Shown one piece after another: positions 12,661 to 26,000 of a stretch of 64,000 nucleotides of DNA. Made by a program: the position numbers and the translations under genes. Position 1 is the first letter of the stretch, and every line of letters begins with the position of its first letter. The stretch comes from Zygnema circumcarinatum SAG 698-1b. Its lineage: Eukaryota > Plantae > Zygnematophyceae. The notes under the pieces were generated by a model that did not search any database, was not told the DNA's origin, and worked only from the letters and a program-made list of their open reading frames with translations. Location: positions 2,666,001 to 2,730,000 of the forward strand of contig CM074811.1 in the NCBI GenBank assembly GCA_037447605.1. Direction: 5' to 3'.

Positions 12661-15426
12661 ATGTCAGGTGGGTACAAGAGGAAGCACCAGGATGTTGATT
12701 CGCCAGATTCCCAAAATTCTCCACACAATTCGTCAGATGCGGGAGGCGCTAACGATACTCGGGAAGCTGGCAAAGTCAAGGGAACTTCTGGACAGGCAAT
12801 TTCTGGGACGAATGCAGTGGACAAGGGCTCCGTGTATAGAAAGGAGGAAAGGCGGGTTATTGAAAACGGCAGCCATGGAAGTTCTTTCTCTAGACACGAT
12901 GAATTAGAGAGGTCCCGCGATGGGCTTGCAGATAGAAGGCGTCAGCCTAGAGATGATTGTGGAGATCGAGACAGAGACAGGGGAAATTGGGAAGGAAGGC
13001 GAGGTAGAGGGAACCGACCTGTGGAGGATTACGGGGGGCGGGGCTCCCGCTGGAGAGACGATGGTTATGGAAGGGATAGAGAAGAACACAGAGATAGTGG
13101 GAAGGGTTTTCGGAATGTGCATAGTGACTATGAAACGCGGAGGAGGGTAGAAGGAGGACGGAATGCTTACAGGTATGACGATGAGAGGTACGACAAGGAA
13201 AGGTCGCAGAGCCGTGCAAGGAATGCAGAAAAGTTTTCTTTCAAAGATGATTTGAGGAGTGGGGATAGAAACAGCGGTCGAAACAGGGAGCCGGGGGGTG
13301 CTGGTTCAACGGTGCGAGACGCGTCTGGAAAAGGTTCTGATAAGTACGAGGAAGAGGTGAGGGAGAGGGGTGAAGGCAGAAATTTTCATGCAAAGAACGA
13401 AAGAAGAGATCATGGAGAATCACTGAAGAACTTAGGGCAAGGAAGAGGCCAATCAAGCATTCGCTTTCATGGAGAGACCAATGATGAAATGCCAGATCGT
13501 TGGGGCAAGAAAAGGGATGCAACAGATAATTCCACTGGAAGTGCCGGCGATGGTGATAGGGAACCACATGCCACCCCTGACGATGGAGAGGCTCAGAAGA
13601 AAAGACGAGCTCCTAATGTCGAGAAACAGTTTGAACAACCATTGAAAGGCATGGATAGTATTTCAAAGCTCCATGAGACCAAAGATCAGGAGATCAATGT
13701 GCAGGGACATGGAAGGAAGGAGGTCGAACCTGTCTCCGGGGAAGTGGTTTCTAAATCTCTTGCGTCGGTCGTACATGATCCTGCAGAACTTGCAGTTAGT
13801 TTTCGTGAGAAGAAGGCACATGCCGAGGTGCCCTCCCCCATAGGGGTGATTGATGCCGATTCTGATGCTGATATGGAGGCAAAAGCCATGGCGGCTAAGG
13901 CAGCACGTGCTTCAAAATGGGGACCTCCTGCTGACCAGTTGGCGCATGCTCTCTATGCTCCCCAACTTCAGGCAGCACAGAATTGCTCAATGATGCCTCA
14001 GCTGGCTGCCCTGTTTGCTGCGAGAAAGGCAGCTGAATTAGGTATGGACATCATGGCTTGAGATGTCATACTCTCGGTGGTGACTATGTCTTCATTGATC
14101 AAGGAAAACTCCGCAAGTGCTGCTTGAACCTGAGGAGCGAGAAGTTTTATTGCTGGTATTGAGTTGGGAATGGTATCACTGAGGAATTTTGTGGCTGGAA
14201 TAGCTGTATTTTGGGGTGTTACAAGCAGCTTCTTTCTGCAAGATATTGTTGTCACAGTAGCTCATCCTCATATGGCATATAATATCACTCAATATTTCCC
14301 TTCAGGTCATCCCATTGTAGTTATCATTTTACTTTCTGTTCGGACTCTCGTACTCTATTTTAGCACTTTGACAGTGTTGAAGGTATTTTCAAATTTTTCG
14401 AGAGTTTAAGGCAATCTTTTGCCAGTTTGAATGTCAGCAAGTATAATGCCTTCGCGTTTGCTTTATGGTGGCAGTGAACGCAAGTATGGGTGTTCCGGGC
14501 AGTATGACTGCAGACGAGAAGAAAAAACTTCTATGGGGCAACAAAAAGGCGGCAGTGGTAGAGGTATGTCATCCTTTTATCATCGCAAAAGGCGACCCCT
14601 CCGCTACTCATTGCTTCATTTTAAAGCTCTATACGCTGTCCTTTACTTGAAGTATAGCATCCCAGTTGGAGTTTGATGTTGCAGGAACCTGTGGCAGCTG
14701 TGGGCATCAATCGCTGGGATACCGTACATTTCGCAGATCGTGACAGAGAAGAGAAGTTTCAGAAGCTTATGGTAAGGCCCTTGGTGGTGATTCTGTGCCG
14801 CGAGCTCATCCGTTCATTCTGTCTTGAGGTTTAGCTTTCTGTGATTGACTCATGAAGCATTTTAATGGAGAAGAGAAATGGTTGTTTCAGCACTTATATA
14901 GTTGCTTGTCCTCACTTTTTCTTTAGCGTTCGGTTGGACCACCGAGTGTTTTAGGTTTGGAGGTTCTAATTGCGTCACCACGTTCTTGCGATGGTCCTGC
15001 CAACGGACATTTAGACACCTTTCTGTGGTTGTTACGAGTATAGGCGTAGAAACTCTGCAGGATTTGATGGCTGCATCTTAGCACGATCTCGTTCTCTCTG
15101 GGGAACAGATGGTAAAGACACTACTAGTTTAAGGCCCTAAAACATGTGAAGATGGAAGGCTTGTTGGTTCGCCCGCTAACACCAGCCACAGAGGCTGAGT
15201 GTGCATGTGCCTTCTTTGTCCCTGACTTCTGCAGGGAGTGAAGGCCGACAAACTTCCTGCGGAAGTTGCTCAGATGGAGGCAGCAACGGGAGGACCTGCG
15301 GCTTCGGAAATAGGCTCGGCAGCGCTGACAGAAGAAAAGCAGAGGGAGCTGCAAGAGGAGCTGGAACGGCAGTTTGCTGTTGGGATGAGGAGGCGGGATG
15401 GGCGCACTGTCGGGTTGGGGTTGTGA
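12661..15426 (+). CDS. Small acidic protein (SMAP)-domain, RSRC2-like R/D/G-rich nuclear protein
   Basis: Exons ~12661..14041, 14475..14563, 14685..14771, 15235..15426. A long low-complexity R/D/G/E N-terminus precedes AAKAA...AARKAAEL, MTADEKKKLLWGNKK, NRWDTVHFADRDREEKFQKLMGVK and EKQRELQEELERQFAVGMRRRDGRTVGLGL*, the typical SMAP-family C-terminus. Confidence 0.85.
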
Positions 15427-17075
15427 AGAGAGCGGCTTTTAAATGTTTAGAGAGTGGAGGGGTAGTGGAGGGGGTGTGCTGGTTTACTGCCAGTCATTCT
15501 TTTGTGCAGAGATTTGTGTCGTACTCTTTTGAAGGTTGTGGAAAGGAGATTCCAGAGGAGAAGTTTAGGTTTTATATGTTTTCCTTTGGTTGGCCTCTCA
15601 CTATGGATGTAGAACCCAGCAGGGTCTCGCTCTGTGTTGTGGCACAACGTGATAACTTGTGGTGTTCGTTTAGGCGAGTTCGCCACACACGGAGAATAAA
15701 AGCTTTGTTTGGTGTAAGGTTGAGGCTAGAACCTCGTTCCATGCCTTCGCTCAACTCCCTTCGAGGGATGCCCTTCACGCAGCACTTCTGATCAGCTCCA
15801 ACAAACCTGTTGCGCAATCTTAAGTTCAATCTTACCAAGTTTCAAAGGAGCTGACATCAAATTGATTTTCTCCTTTCAAAAAGGCTAAATCTCCAATTCA
15901 TTTTCAAGGGTTTTTAGGGCAAAACAATTTCAGTTCAGTAATATTCACCTCACGCATTCACTCATGTACAACCCGCCCATGGTTTTTCCAAAATCTCGAT
16001 GGCCAACCCATGCCATACTGTAGCCCTTTCTGAAGAGCCGTACGGCGTGCACACGATTTCAAATGAAGGCGGAACATGGTGAAGACCTTCTCGCAGCACC
16101 CAAACAGAAGGCCGCAGCAAAACCCGCAGATGCTCCTTCTAACCGCAAGATGCGCAGGAGTTGACTTGTGGGGAGTCTCAGGAAGAATGAGGGAGGAAGG
16201 AGAGGTGTGCTTCTAGTGTTCGCTTTTCCTGCGGGGTTATGGCTTAGTCGCTCTTCCCAGGAAGTTGCGACAGAGCTCCTCCTTCCGTTGAGCGGAAGAC
16301 GTTTGCCTTCTCAGCGCGAACAGAGATGAGCATTTACCTATTCTGAGTTGTCTGGACCAGTGCTGCACGTGCAAGCTTCTAGTGGTAAGCTACTGGCTTG
16401 ATTGCAAAATTAACTTAGGTAGAGTGCGCGTGCAGATCAGGGAAAGTCGTGCGTTGCAGCATGCTCTTTTTTCTCCTGACTGATGTTCGAGAGACCTTCT
16501 GCTTGCAACAAGACAGCAGCCCCTAGCACCTGTCTCACATCGGCTGCTATATGTCGGACTGCACTGAAGCTTGACCAAGTCCAACCTAGTGTCATGGCGC
16601 TGTGCGTCCATCCAGCTGTCTGGAAAGAAAATATTCTGTTTACTTGGCTTATCAAGGATGTCTGCCAAGTCGAGCCCTATGACGTGCTGCAAAACTCATG
16701 CATGCATATTCCCAACGGAACTTGTGAAACGCGTTCCCATGGTAGCTCTGCAGTGTCGATTTTAAATGCTCGCCCCTTTTAATTCGATATCCTTACTGTA
16801 GATAACGGAGGCGACTCCACAGCTGTCTATGTAGCGCTTTGCGTTGGCAAAGTTGATAGCCTACAGAAAAGTACCTCGCTGTATGTTCAACGTGGCCAAA
16901 AATTTCGGAACAAGTCCTAATCACCCGCCCGGCTTGCTCAGAGCTCTTGTGTAATTTCCATTGCTTGACTTTTCAATTATCCGTGGCTTGAACATTCGAG
17001 CTTGGTCTTCAGTCGGTGCCTTGCATTTTTTTGACAGGAGGCTAATCAGGTACTGCCAGGCTGAAGTTGCCGCTC

Positions 17076-20000
17076 ATGGATCAATGGAGCAGTGGGATGG
17101 GTTCTTACAATCAGCAATCATTTGGACAACCTGTAAGCTTTCTGCGCTAGTGCTCCGATGGCATCATTTATCCATGAGTTCAACAAAGGGAGGCAGGCGG
17201 TTGTTGTTGTGACACATTGTCTTGTGGGAATTTTTTTAATACCGCCTCGTACCATCCCGCTAGTCGAAGACACTTGAACATTACAACATGGTGACTTTTT
17301 ATAAGTGGACTTTATAATCCATGGCGCATTTCCTCGGGCAATTACTGCTGCATAAATGTTTTAATTTAGGTCACCTGCAGAACATTGAGCGATGCACATT
17401 AATGTGTGTTGATCGTGGCTGTTCTTGCAATACGGTGCTTGCATCACTACGATGCATTTGTTTGTATGAGTGCCTTATACTTGACACAGACACTGTGCAA
17501 GCTGAACCGTAATGCAAGGGAAATAATGATGTGGTATTGTGAACTGATTCCTTACTGTTGTTCTGCCTTGCTGCTGAATTACTCTTTTCCTTTACATTTT
17601 TTTCAGCAGGGAGCCCAGCAACAGTCTTACGCTTATTCTCAGCAGGCACAGGTATAGTTTCTTTGGCTTGTTCAATCTCACCAAAAGAAAGACCTTCCTG
17701 GTTTGTGCAACACGCGTAGAAACTTCTGCTGTTAGGAAGTGTGATACACGGGCTCTCTTTTTATTAGTCCTCTCCTGAACTCTTGCTGTGACGAACTCTT
17801 GTTTGGAAAAGGAACTTGAAGCGGTACTTGAGAAGGAGTCTCATATGAGATATCTTGGGAGGAAAGCATGATTCCCGTTTGCAAGTTCTTTATACGACTA
17901 ATTGGCATTCGTCTCTGGGGATGCCATCATGCCTTCACTTCTCCAATTCCATACAGTCGAAGCACTTTTAAAGCTTAGGACTACTGTTTTGTAGCCTTTT
18001 TCTTCCAATTCGTACAAGAAATAAGAAACACATCTTACTATCTGTACTCACTTTTTAAAGTTCATACGTCCCGACACAGAATAAAAGACTTTTCTGCTAG
18101 CGAACTTTCATCAAATATGTAGTCCTTTTGTTTTCAAACATAGAGTTTTGATTTTATGATGCTTCAATGAGACTGTCTGAAGTTTTAGAGCAGGAAAATT
18201 GAATACAGGTTAGGCTCCGCCGATTCTGCCTCAGATGTAGCACCATGTTAAAAAAAACAGAACTGTCAAGACAGTAGATCATTTTCTATTCCAAGATTGT
18301 TGAATTGTACGAAGCCAGTAACAGACAACGTGGAGTGCACAAGAAATGACGACATTTCAACATCCTGCCGACGCCGCAACGTTCATACTTCCACGTCGCT
18401 TTGCATGTGCAGCAGCAGAGTCAGCAGCAGCAGCAAGCTGCCGGGACTTACACTTACCAGGGGACTTCCTATGGTCAGCAACAGGCCCCTGCAGGCGCTA
18501 CAGCAGTTCCTAGTGGATCTTACAGTCAGCAGCAAGCGTATTCTCAGCAGTCCTATGGCCAGCAAGCTTATTCTCAGCAGGTAAGTTGATCCCCTAAAGA
18601 TATTGATCAGCAAACGCTTGCACAGTATCACATTGCCGATGCATACTCTCTGGAATTCTTTCATGTTTTTGGTGAGGCTTGATAGGCTTAAATTGAAGTT
18701 TGAATTTGCATTTAATATGCATTTTCTTTTGATGAGGACCATCGCTGCATTGTGCTCTTGATATACAAATGATTTTTCCACAGTCCTTGACCGTATTTAA
18801 TCCTCATTTGAGTGTTGTACGAATGCTAATCGTTACACTACTCATGTATTTACTGATTGTTCTGACTGAACATTTCTGTATGGGTCGGTGCACTACGAGC
18901 TGTGGGAGGCTCTTGGCGTGTCAATTAGTGTCTTTGCTCGGTTGTCGAAGGAAGTTTCTTCCCTCCAGAAAGACTTTGAGATGTCTCTGCCAAACCTTGT
19001 ATCGTTTTTCTCACATGTAACGGATATGGTTGACAGGCACAAAGTACAGGTGGGTCGACCCCTCAAACGGCAGCTTATGGAGGCAGTGCAGCCGGAACAT
19101 ATGGAGCACCCACTGCTTCCCAAGTCCAAGGGGGGGGAGGTCAAGCTGCACAATGGGTTCAGCAGCAATCTTCCAATGTGACTGTTGCCCAGGCAGAAGC
19201 AGGAACAGCATATGGACGCAGCTCTGGGGGTGGAGCAGTAAGTGTCGTTGGACAATACGGTGGTCAATATGGGAGCATCTACGGAGCAGCTGCTAGCCAG
19301 AGTGGTTCTCAGCAGGTCGTGTGCTTTTTGAAAAACCTTTTTCTTTTCCATGAGTTAGCTTTGTCTGTATCCGTCAAGCTTCTAGAAACTGAGTCGTCTA
19401 AAGGCTTGTGTTCCGACACTGAGAATTTTGTGCCTCCACAAGCTGTTGGCCAGCTGCTCTTCTCTGCAGATTACTCTTTTCATTGCTCTGCTCCAGTTTT
19501 ATCTTCCACTGGCTAAGGTTGGATTTTTTCACTTCATACATAGCGTTCAAGTTTTGATCCTTTGCACATCTCCTTCGGGTATGGCAGGTAGCACCCTCTT
19601 CAGATTATGGTTCGACTGCTGCCCGACCTGGCTCTGGTTATGAATCTTCTGAGAGAGCTACTCAACAAGGAGGTGGTGGATATGGCGGTGGTGCTTCAGC
19701 AGTGGTCTATGGAACAGAGCAATTTGGCACATCTGGTGGACAATCCGGCTACGCAAAAGCAGGCGAGCAATATGGCAGCAGCTATGCTTCGAAAGGAGGA
19801 GATTTTCAAGCAAGTGCTGCTCAACAGGAGAGATCATCTTATGGAACTGCTGGATTTGGCCAAGATGGATCTTCTCGCTATCAGGAAATTGCTGCACAAC
19901 AGAGGCAGGTAAATTCCAAATGGCAAATGCTGCTCGCCTCTAACTGGGTGGAAACTTTGTCAAAATTTATACTGCTTTCAAGAATGATGACGGAACCTCG

Positions 20001-23000
20001 TTTTTTTTTCGCACAAGCCTGTTGGAATCGTTAAGTCTAGGTAGGCTAGTTTGAGGTTGCGTCGTGTTCACTTACACCTGTTTTCGGAGTTTTCTTCGTG
20101 CTCTGTCAGTCATATAAAACCTATGGGCATTGGCAACGCGGTCTGTTAAAATGTCCGTACAAACAAAGCTTGGTTCATCGGCTCTCGACAGGATGTCAGT
20201 CAATCAGTTTTCTTTTGAAATCTGTATATGAGTCTAACTACAAATGCTTGCGGGAGGACGAAAGGATTATATCTGTCAGAAGGCAGTCAGTCTCCCATTA
20301 ATGACCTTTGAATGCGTAATTGCAGCAAGAGCAAAAACAAGATTCTCAGCTGTATCGTCAGCAGCAGGCACTGCAGCAAGCGCAGCAAGCTGCGGCACAG
20401 TTGCGTAGTGTTGCTGCTGTTCCTTCTGCAGCTTCTGCTGCCACAAGGTATGTTCCATTCTCTGTAAGCAATTTGATCGTGGCATACATCACCGCTCCCT
20501 CTTTTCCCCCCTTTCATATTTTTCAAGGCAAAGACCTTCCACCCTATAAAAATGCCCGCTAGGATTCCATGGCGTGCGAACTATATTACCTTATTTGTTC
20601 CCATCGTGATCTTTCCTTCTCTTGGAATTCGAAAGCTTCAAAGTTTTGGAAAGCTTCAAAGTTTTGGAAAGCTTCAAAGTTTTGAAAAGCTATGGCCTAT
20701 CTGTTAAGGCGTAGCTTTGGCTGGATGTTTCTGCAGAGTCCTTAGCCAGCAAGAGTACACTGGCAGAAGTAGTGGAGCAGGAGCAGAATATGCAGGACGA
20801 GGGCAAGGGGCCCAAGGAGGCTCATATTCCCTGACCCAATCCACCCGAGCAGTTGGTTTTCCGCCGGGCACTGTATATGGAGCTGCTGCAGTTGCGGCAG
20901 CTCAGCAGCAAGTGGCTCACTATGCAGCTGCGTCGCGATCTGTAGGGGTGACTTTGGCACAGCAGGCAGCAGCCCTCAGTGCAGGGCGCGGCTTGGGAGC
21001 GATGGCTTTTGTTCAGCAGCAACCGCAACAAGTAACTTTTGCAGGAGCCACTGGAGGTCTGTGTATGCGCCTGATCGACTAAGCCTCTGCATTTTTGTCA
21101 GAATTCACTAGCTGATGAGGAATCCATTGAGATATACATGGCCGGCTTACGTCTGTTGTTTGGGACATCCAGGAGACTTGTTTTTAGCATTTTTTGCATT
21201 GGTCCATGTCTGGAAATGTGAAACCCAGAATGTAAACCTGTGTCTGCTTCCCTGTTCTCCATTTTTTCTTGGCTTCACCAAGAAGTTGAAAGCCTTCGCA
21301 TCTAAACCTACCCGAAGCCTAACCTAACCCTAGCCCTGACCTTAACTCTAACCCTTACACTGACACTACCCATGACCCTAACCATGACCCTAACCCTAAC
21401 TCTAACCCTAGCCCTAACCCTAACCCAAACCCTAACCCTAACCCTAACCCTAACCCTAACCCTAACCCTAACCCTAACCCTAACCTTCAACCCTAACCCT
21501 AACCGTAACCCTAACCTTAACCCTAACCCTAACCCTAACCCTAACTTTAACCCTAACCCTAACCCTAACCCTAACCCTAACCCTAACCCTAACCCTAACC
21601 CTAACCCTAACCCTAACCCTAACCGTAACCCTAACCCAAACCCTAACCCTAACCCTAATCCTAACTCTCAACTCTAAGCCTATCCCCTAACCCTAACCTT
21701 AACCCTAACCCTAACCCTAACCTTAACCCTAACCCTAACCCTAACCTTAACCCTAACCCTAACCCTAACCCTAACCCTAACCTTAATCCTAACCCTAGCC
21801 CTAACCCTAACCTTAACCCTAACTCAATCCTCACCCTGGTATATAACCCTGTCTACTTTGTGCATGCATTAAAGTTCACTTTCACTCGACTACTGCAGGT
21901 TTTGGAACAATGGGTGGCCGTGACTACACTGCAGGAAGGCTAGGTGGCGGGCCTGTACAGAGAGACATTGGTTTTTCAGGGACTCGGTCAGCCGACCGTG
22001 GTGCCCCTTCTCGTGGTTTTGATGATCGTCGAGATGATCGGCCGTCCTATCGACGGGATGCGGACCGCGGCCGTGAGGAAGATCGGAAGAGAGAGCGGTT
22101 TGACTCGCGGGATAAAGATCGCCATCCAGAGCGCGACCGAGACCGAGACCGCGACCGCGACCGCGACCGTGACCGTGATCGCGACCGCGACCGAAGTAGA
22201 GATGAAGAACGCAGAAGGGAAAGGGGAGAGGGCAGGGAAAGTCGTGATCGTAAAGAAGAGCCGCATAGTAAGCGAGAGGATCGCAGCAAGCAAGACTTCT
22301 CTCCTGCAGCAAAGCGTGAGATTAAGTGAGTATTCTAGTTCACTGCTTTTGGCTGACTCATGATTGATTTGGCTGATGTTTGCAAGTAAGACAACGGTAA
22401 CCTTTTGTCCGTGACTATTCTTTCAGCTTGTCGCTGACGTAGCCAACGGCCCATAGATGTGTTGTTGGTCGACGACGTGAATTTTTTTTTCTATAAAGAG
22501 ATCATAATGAGCTATTATGGTTACGTAGATTTTCGCTGTAAGTACAGTTTAATGCAGCGTGGGGTGTCTTTCTCGAAAAATTCATTGACGCTCATTTTTA
22601 AAAGTCCTTTGGGGGTCTGTGATGCTACAGACATTCACCGTCACGTGAACTTCGCCGACCTTATACATGCAAGGTAAATCTGCATGTCTAGGACCTTGTT
22701 CCTCTCTTAATAATATATTTTGGTTGCTATTCCACTTGCACACAACAAGCAGCTAGATATTTGAATAGTGTCAACGTCACAACTAAGGATATTGCTGCTG
22801 ATGATTGATTGTCTTACCGGCGTTCTTTTTGAAGTCATTTTCTGCCAATTCTTGCTTTTAAACTTCCCAGACGTATTGAACATTGTAATCGTTGATTGAG
22901 GATGAATAGTTCTGTTGATCAGAGAAGGCAAGAAAATTATTCCAGAAATTATTCCATTATTCTCATTGAAATAACAGCGTCTTTCGTTCTCTAAAGTGAT

Positions 23001-26000
23001 CGTTCTTGAGCTTTAGTCTGCAGGATTTCTTGCATTTCTGTGCAGAGCTTTTACAGGCTATTTATGGGAATTTGCACAAATAAGCCAAATGACACTATCT
23101 GCCGTCTTACATGCAGTAGGTCATCCGCCCCTCGTCATTCACGTGTTCAGTGGAGTTCTCATGTGTGCTGCAGATTGAACCTTTCTCTTTTGTAGAGCAA
23201 GTTAGAGACTATCAGTCAACCTGCCGACGATATCCGAAACTTTACGCAGCACCAGAATTTTCCAAGGTAAGTGACCCTATGTCACAGTTTGCTGTTTCTT
23301 TTTGAAGTTCTGCCATTGAAATTCTGAAAAGTGATAATGCCATTTCTTTCAATCACCTGTCTCCTTTTTTCTCTATCTTTTTTTCTTCACTGTCCTGGGT
23401 GATGTACTGGGTGCTTGCAGATGGTGGCTTGCTGGGTTGACAAGGATCTTCACATACCTATTAACAGGCCCATCAGGTTGCATTGAATGCCCAACCTCCT
23501 GTCATGTCCTGTTAATGTTCCCAACTTCTACAATGCCTGAGTTTCATATTGTCTGGTCCAACATTCTTTCATGGTTTGTTTTAGAGAAAGCTCTTCCCTC
23601 CGTGTTCCAGTCAGCAGATTCTTCATCAGTGCAGCGAAACATTGAAACTTCCTATAAGTCCTTATTTGACTTCTGGTCTGTATACTGAACCGACTGGGCT
23701 AACAAGAGCAACTCCAGCACTACATTTCCTGCACGGCTCGGCTGGTCATGGTCTTTTAGTTGAGCCGGGAGATCACCCAAATTACTATGTTGGAGATTTC
23801 TCAACGATTGAATCATCGTTCAGCCCGTTCTCGCGTTAGGACTCAGTCAAGATAATGACGCTGCAGTGCGTGGATCTTTGCATTGGATGCTACAGCTTTG
23901 AGCACGAGGCTGTAGACGTAGGGGACGACAGCGACTCCAACGAAGCTTCTGCGAAGTCCACTGACAAAACTGTTTCGGCGACCAAAGGGCCAACAGCATG
24001 GAATGCGAAGGTAACAGACAGCGGCTGCAGTGCCAAAGTGCGATGTGAGAGAGAGAGAGAGAGAGCGTGGGAGCGTCTTCAGCAGCCGAGCATGCTTCAT
24101 CGATCTTCCTTTCCCTCCAGAAGCCCCGAAGCCTGTGCCGGCCTGCATCTGCCATGTTTTGAATGGTTTGCCCTGACGGTGGTTCTTTAATGAGCATTGG
24201 GGTTGAATGAATTGTCTCGAATAGCTAGTTTGTTGTGGGCGGATCCCCAGTATTGGAACTCGTCTTCATTGGCAACTCCTCTGTACCTTCTTCCATACTA
24301 TGCGATCTTGTTGTCGGACCTAAATTTTGCTATCTGACAGTCTCTGTAACAGCCCTGAGCGACCGTTGGAGGTAGCAGTTGGTGTAGGTCGGTTCCCAAC
24401 TTTGCAGATGAAGGGACAGCCTCTTTCACGTTAGAAACATTCGTTTTGGCCGACAATCAAGTGGAACTTCTCAACTTTCTGCATACCCGTGTAGACCTCA
24501 GCATGGAGATGTTCTAAGAAATTTTGTTCTTGGGTGTGACCACTCGTACACTATTGGGAGTGCTTGAATTTTATTTCTTATTGACAGATCTGTTCTGCTC
24601 TGCATGGCAGGTCCTACTGATGGCAGGTATTGATGAGGGAGCTATGAATGAACTGGATGGAGATAATTCGACAGAAGAAAAACCTCTGCATATTCACAAC
24701 CTGGTTAAGTTTGTGGCGTTGCGTAAAGATCGGAACCCCATCATGGCGGCCGGCGGACCTTGGGTTGCTGAACTCGATGGTGCTAATCCAGAGTCTGATG
24801 AGTCAGTTCTGATACGAACTGCAATAAGGTCAGTGTGGACATCTGGACATGCCACTTCCCGTTGGTTTCTCTTTACTCGATGGGGAAGCGTGTGTTCGGT
24901 TATTGGATTTTGGGTTTTCTCGTTTCCTACTTCATCTTGTGCTAGTAGGCCTGTTAGACTTTAGACAAGTTGGTGGGTTTTCTCTCTCGTTTTTGCTGGA
25001 ACATTTTCCCATGGCGGACGACCTTGTTCACTTCAAGATGAATGTATCTATGTAGTCTGATGTTTGGAGGGGCATGTACTGCATATCGTGATCGCTTGTG
25101 GAAGGGGTTATTGTGGGTACTAGTGACCCGCATAGCCTTTCCCTTTAAACCAATTATAACAGTGAGGAATGCTTCATTGTGTCTGCTTGGTGAATGGCAA
25201 TACACACAGCTGACTGACAGGAAGCCAATGGATTAGTTAGCGTGCCTGGAAATCCATACTTTACATCAAATTACAACCATGCATGGCATCTCAATGAGCA
25301 TCTGCTTGACGCCCATAAACTGTTCAGGTGCACTAAGGAGACCATGGAAGTGGACCTAAGCTCTTGCACTGAATGGAATCGGTTTGTGGAAGTGAGTAAA
25401 CGTTTCTGTCTCCATCTCCTTGGTTGATGCTCTCTTTCTCGGCAAAAGATATGTAAAAAAAATTATCATCAGAGTTACGCGTTTTCCATTTCTCAAGTCT
25501 TCTTCGTAAGCCGACTCCGTAAGTCAGAGAATGAGCTATCGTATTTCTGCATGGTGGCTTCAGATTCATTATGAGCGCATGGGCGAGGATGGTAGCATCT
25601 ATCATGAAGTCAGCGTGTTTTTTGTCCCGAACATATGGAGTGCTCTTCCTTCACTGGAGGAGTGGAAATCCCAATGGAGAGGGCGGTTACTGGCCAAGAA
25701 GGCAGCAGCGGATGGAATGATCAAAGCGACTGGCAATAATGGTGCAGAAGTGAAGCCACCCAGCGATGATCCGGTACGGTCTTTCATGTTTGTTGTATGA
25801 CACTCCAATCTGGCTACTCATTTGCTAATCTTGAAGCAGCTTTTATTTCTAGGCTTTAATGGTCTCTGTCGACTATTGTGGAGGTCTCACGATCCTTTTC
25901 TATTTGTCAACCCATGCAGGAAAAGCAAGGGGAGGTTGCAAATGGTGGTGATGTGGATGAGACCAAAGTCCCAGCGGAAAAAGACAGTGATGCTGTAAAC

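Noticed and set aside
12661-15426. WG/GW AGO-hook motifs in the SMAP protein next to Argonaute
   Set aside because: There are only a few scattered WG dipeptides, one within the conserved LLWGNKK motif. This is not a reiterated GW platform.
21308-21677. ORFs of VRVRVR / TLTLTL / NPNPNP
   Set aside because: They are translations of the intronic telomere-type repeat.
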